DNA of 64,000 nt, taken from assembly GCA_010015585.1 (NCBI GenBank), contig ML975149.1. One strand, written 5' to 3'. This stretch comes from Eremomyces bilateralis CBS 781.70 (lineage: Eukaryota). Positions 61,132 to 64,000 of the stretch are shown here, piece by piece. Position 1 is the stretch's first letter, and every line of letters starts with the position of its first letter. The translations under genes and the position numbers were made by a program. The notes below the pieces were generated by a model. It had not been told where the DNA came from. It worked only from the letters and a program-made list of their open reading frames with translations, and searched no databases.

Positions 61132-64000
61132 TTGCAGAAGGCATGGAGCTGCGAAGCACGCGGTGTGATTCAGTCAGGAACATGTTTCGATGGTTGAAAG
61201 GGAACAGGAGTGTGACGATAGACGACCGGTCCATTATTCTGATCATGGCATATGAGGTACGATGAACGCCAGAACACGATTGTCATGATCAATGATAGAC
61301 GACCGTTCATGATCAACGAACTATGAAAATCATTCTACTTTACGACTTTGTGAGATCCTCCGCGACTGTCCACTGAATCTCTCCACACCTACCACCACGT
61401 TCCCTCTGTTCCGACGAAAGATTCGTCCATCTGAGCGAACCCATTCTGCATCACCTAGGCGAGTTCGCATTGGCTCCAGCCCGGGTGAAAGAGATTGATG
61501 GTCGTTCGCCTTTGAAGTCCCCCAGCCTAAGTCGCCAGAGAATTGTCGACTCGCCGTGTACTTATCGACTTCCCTAATTAAAAAGAGGGTAAGATCCACC
61601 TCAAGAGAGTCGATGAAAGGCGAACGGAACCCAAGGTAAGCATTTCTATACTTCCGGATGCACCGTCGGAATATCGGAATATCGGATCTATGACCCGATT
61701 CCCTGCCGCTTTCATTAAAACCATGTGGCAGCCACCCGTAGCCTACAGCCTACTGCATGATGGTCGTATTCGCCTCTTCCTAACCCCGCACACGGTTATG
61801 AATGCACCACACCAGTATCATGATGTCGTGTACCGGGTTGAATCCTCCTGATCTACGATGATACGGGCATACTATATATGGTTTGGATTCAACGGCGGCC
61901 AAGTAGAGGAATTGAAGCGGCATGGGCAATCAACCAACCAACCTGAATGATGGATTCTGGATCCTGGTGGTTTCTTTCTCCGTCCTCACACCTCATCCAA
62001 CATCCATACAATAATATTGGGGCTGTCAAATCGTTAGCGACGGACATGCACCGTGATGCACGACCTGCACTATACATAGTAAGCTTCGGCCGTCGGGACA
62101 GGGCGTGGTTAAGAGACAAGAGTCAACCAATAACTGACTCAGCAGTATACGATGTCAACACAATCGAGTCAACAACGGTCAAGTCAGTCAATTATTGTCA
62201 TGATTCAGTCAAGGACCAATGAAACCAACACTTCTCCGCGCCGTACCGATTACAAAACCACAAATGCACAATTCTCTACTATGTATATTAATGCAGATTG
62301 GTAAATGATATTTCATTGCCCCATGACTTGTCTGGCAAGTGTTCGAGGTGAATAGTACCTACAGACTACATACTATGTACAGTACCTGGACTTTATACGG
62401 AGCAGGATGGAGCAACGCACAGTGCTGAAGTATGTCGTGTACTCTACAGTCTACACGCTATTTATGCAATTACCTAAAACAAATACATATCTCCCCTCGT
62501 TACAGAAACCCACTTTCTGTGAAATCGAACTGTCGATCCTACAAGTTATGCCATGTTTACGAACCCATTGGTGGAAAACTGGTGGAATGCGGTTGATGCG
62601 AGACAGCGAGATGTAACCCGACATCGACCCTAAACTGGGATTACAGATTTTGGAGGGCTCTTTGCTTTGTTCGTCCTGGTCATCAGGTGCTGTGTTGGTT
62701 TCAAGAACTAACACCACGGAGGACGGTCCATCCTGATCATGAATGCTTTCTCAGTCGTGGTTCCGCGGACTTCATCTTCCGCGTTATCTTTGACGGATTG
62801 ACGCGGATATGTACATTTTTATTTGAACTCCTCCGCCGATGCGGCGAACAGACGCCGGAGCTTATATGGGGGCAATTAGGACTTGACCTTATCTCCAATA
62901 CAAGGACGAGGGATGGTTCTTAGCAAAGCAAAACGAAATGAATGCTAGAACGCCTGGTGTCCGAGGACAACCTTGTCCGCAGTAGTGGAAGGCTCGTCTT
63001 CATCAGGTGATGAAATCTCCTCGCTTAGAAGTACCATCTCGTCGTCTCATGCAGAGTGAATACATGGCGGCACGGAAGACGAAGAATCTCCTCCATTAGG
63101 AAGAGCGCCAGACGCTAAACAGGGGTTCCTCAATCCTTCCGCCCGGGCCGGAGTCCCCTAAAGGAATTGGTCTCCATGGCATTCCCTCTCTTGGAGCAAT
63201 TCCGAGTCGGTCTGTGTTTGCGTGAAAGCGAACCGGTGGGGGATCAGAAACTGTGATGCGATGGGGATCAGATACTGATGGACTTCGAACGGGAAGAGAT
63301 GACCCAGGACAGTGGATGAATTGATCTGATCGTGTGAGCAGTGAGAGAGAGGCGTCAGACGGTTCGAGGAACAAAGGAACAAAAGTGGCGGCTCAGTCCT
63401 CACAGTCTCCACTGCAAGCTAAGGAAAAATGAATATCCCCCACGCAGTCTAGCAGTGACTTCTGGATTCTGGAACACAACAACGGCTCCATGGAATACGA
63501 ACAGGCGTATGGATGGGCTGTGGGACTGAAAATGGACATCTCCAGTATGCTGATATGCAGGATACGGAAACACTTTATGGGCTTCACTACGGAGGCGACA
63601 ACATCAGCCCAATTTCCAGTCACAAATACTGATAACTAACAACTGATAACATGAAGGCCCGAAGGGAGGCTGGGACTGCAGGAGATGGGGGAACGAGACG
63701 AGGCCTCTCCCGTCAGACTGCAGATCTGCTACTTCGTGGGCGTTCTCACCCACGTGCAGCCCCACATCGCGCTGCTCTTCAGCAGTTTAACGCTGTCGAA
63801 GTCCAAAGTGCAGACCACCTCCAATTCGTCAGGTTGTCTCCGACATCATAATTATTGGCTTAAAACAATAAGACTTATGAGCTATTAATTAATGGTCGCT
63901 GGTGCTGGTGCTGTCACTGCTGGCTTGCCTGCTTCAAGTCCTTCAACAAGAATAATAAAGAAGCAAGAAACCCGCCCCGATGGTTCACGCAGAGTCGGAT

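Noticed and set aside
61200..64000. Short ORFs and small direct repeats (GATAGACGACCG at about 61217 and 61294) at the window end
   Set aside because: No coherent gene model or family motif. Possibly relics, but I cannot support a call.

Overview
Eukaryotic genomic DNA from a filamentous ascomycete (Pezizomycotina-type genes; short GT-AG introns with CTRAC/CTAAT branch points). I find no rRNA, tRNA, CRISPR array or intact transposon. About 25 protein-coding loci are supportable, mostly housekeeping: the 3' end of RPL9, a fungal rhodopsin, a C2H2 zinc-finger protein, an NmrA-like reductase, a ZIP zinc transporter, JIP5, a La-motif/Arb1 fusion, a zeta-crystallin-type reductase, GH72, a Ulp1-family protease, MFS and MATE transporters, DUF4202, MED8, a PNPOx-like protein, an FAD oxidase and GH128. 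Several loci are decayed or carry premature stops: a DAO-family oxidase, a HET gene and a small secreted protein. I see no clear multi-gene novel system. The best leads are a DTD-motif rhodopsin with unusual substitutions, the La-Arb1 fusion, a transmembrane micro-ORF abutting the MED8 start, a candidate recursive splice site, a hidden 69-aa three-exon gene, triplicated zinc-response-like motifs, and recurring C-rich then G-rich blocks inside genes. Exon boundaries were read by eye and family assignments rest on recalled motifs, not database searches.
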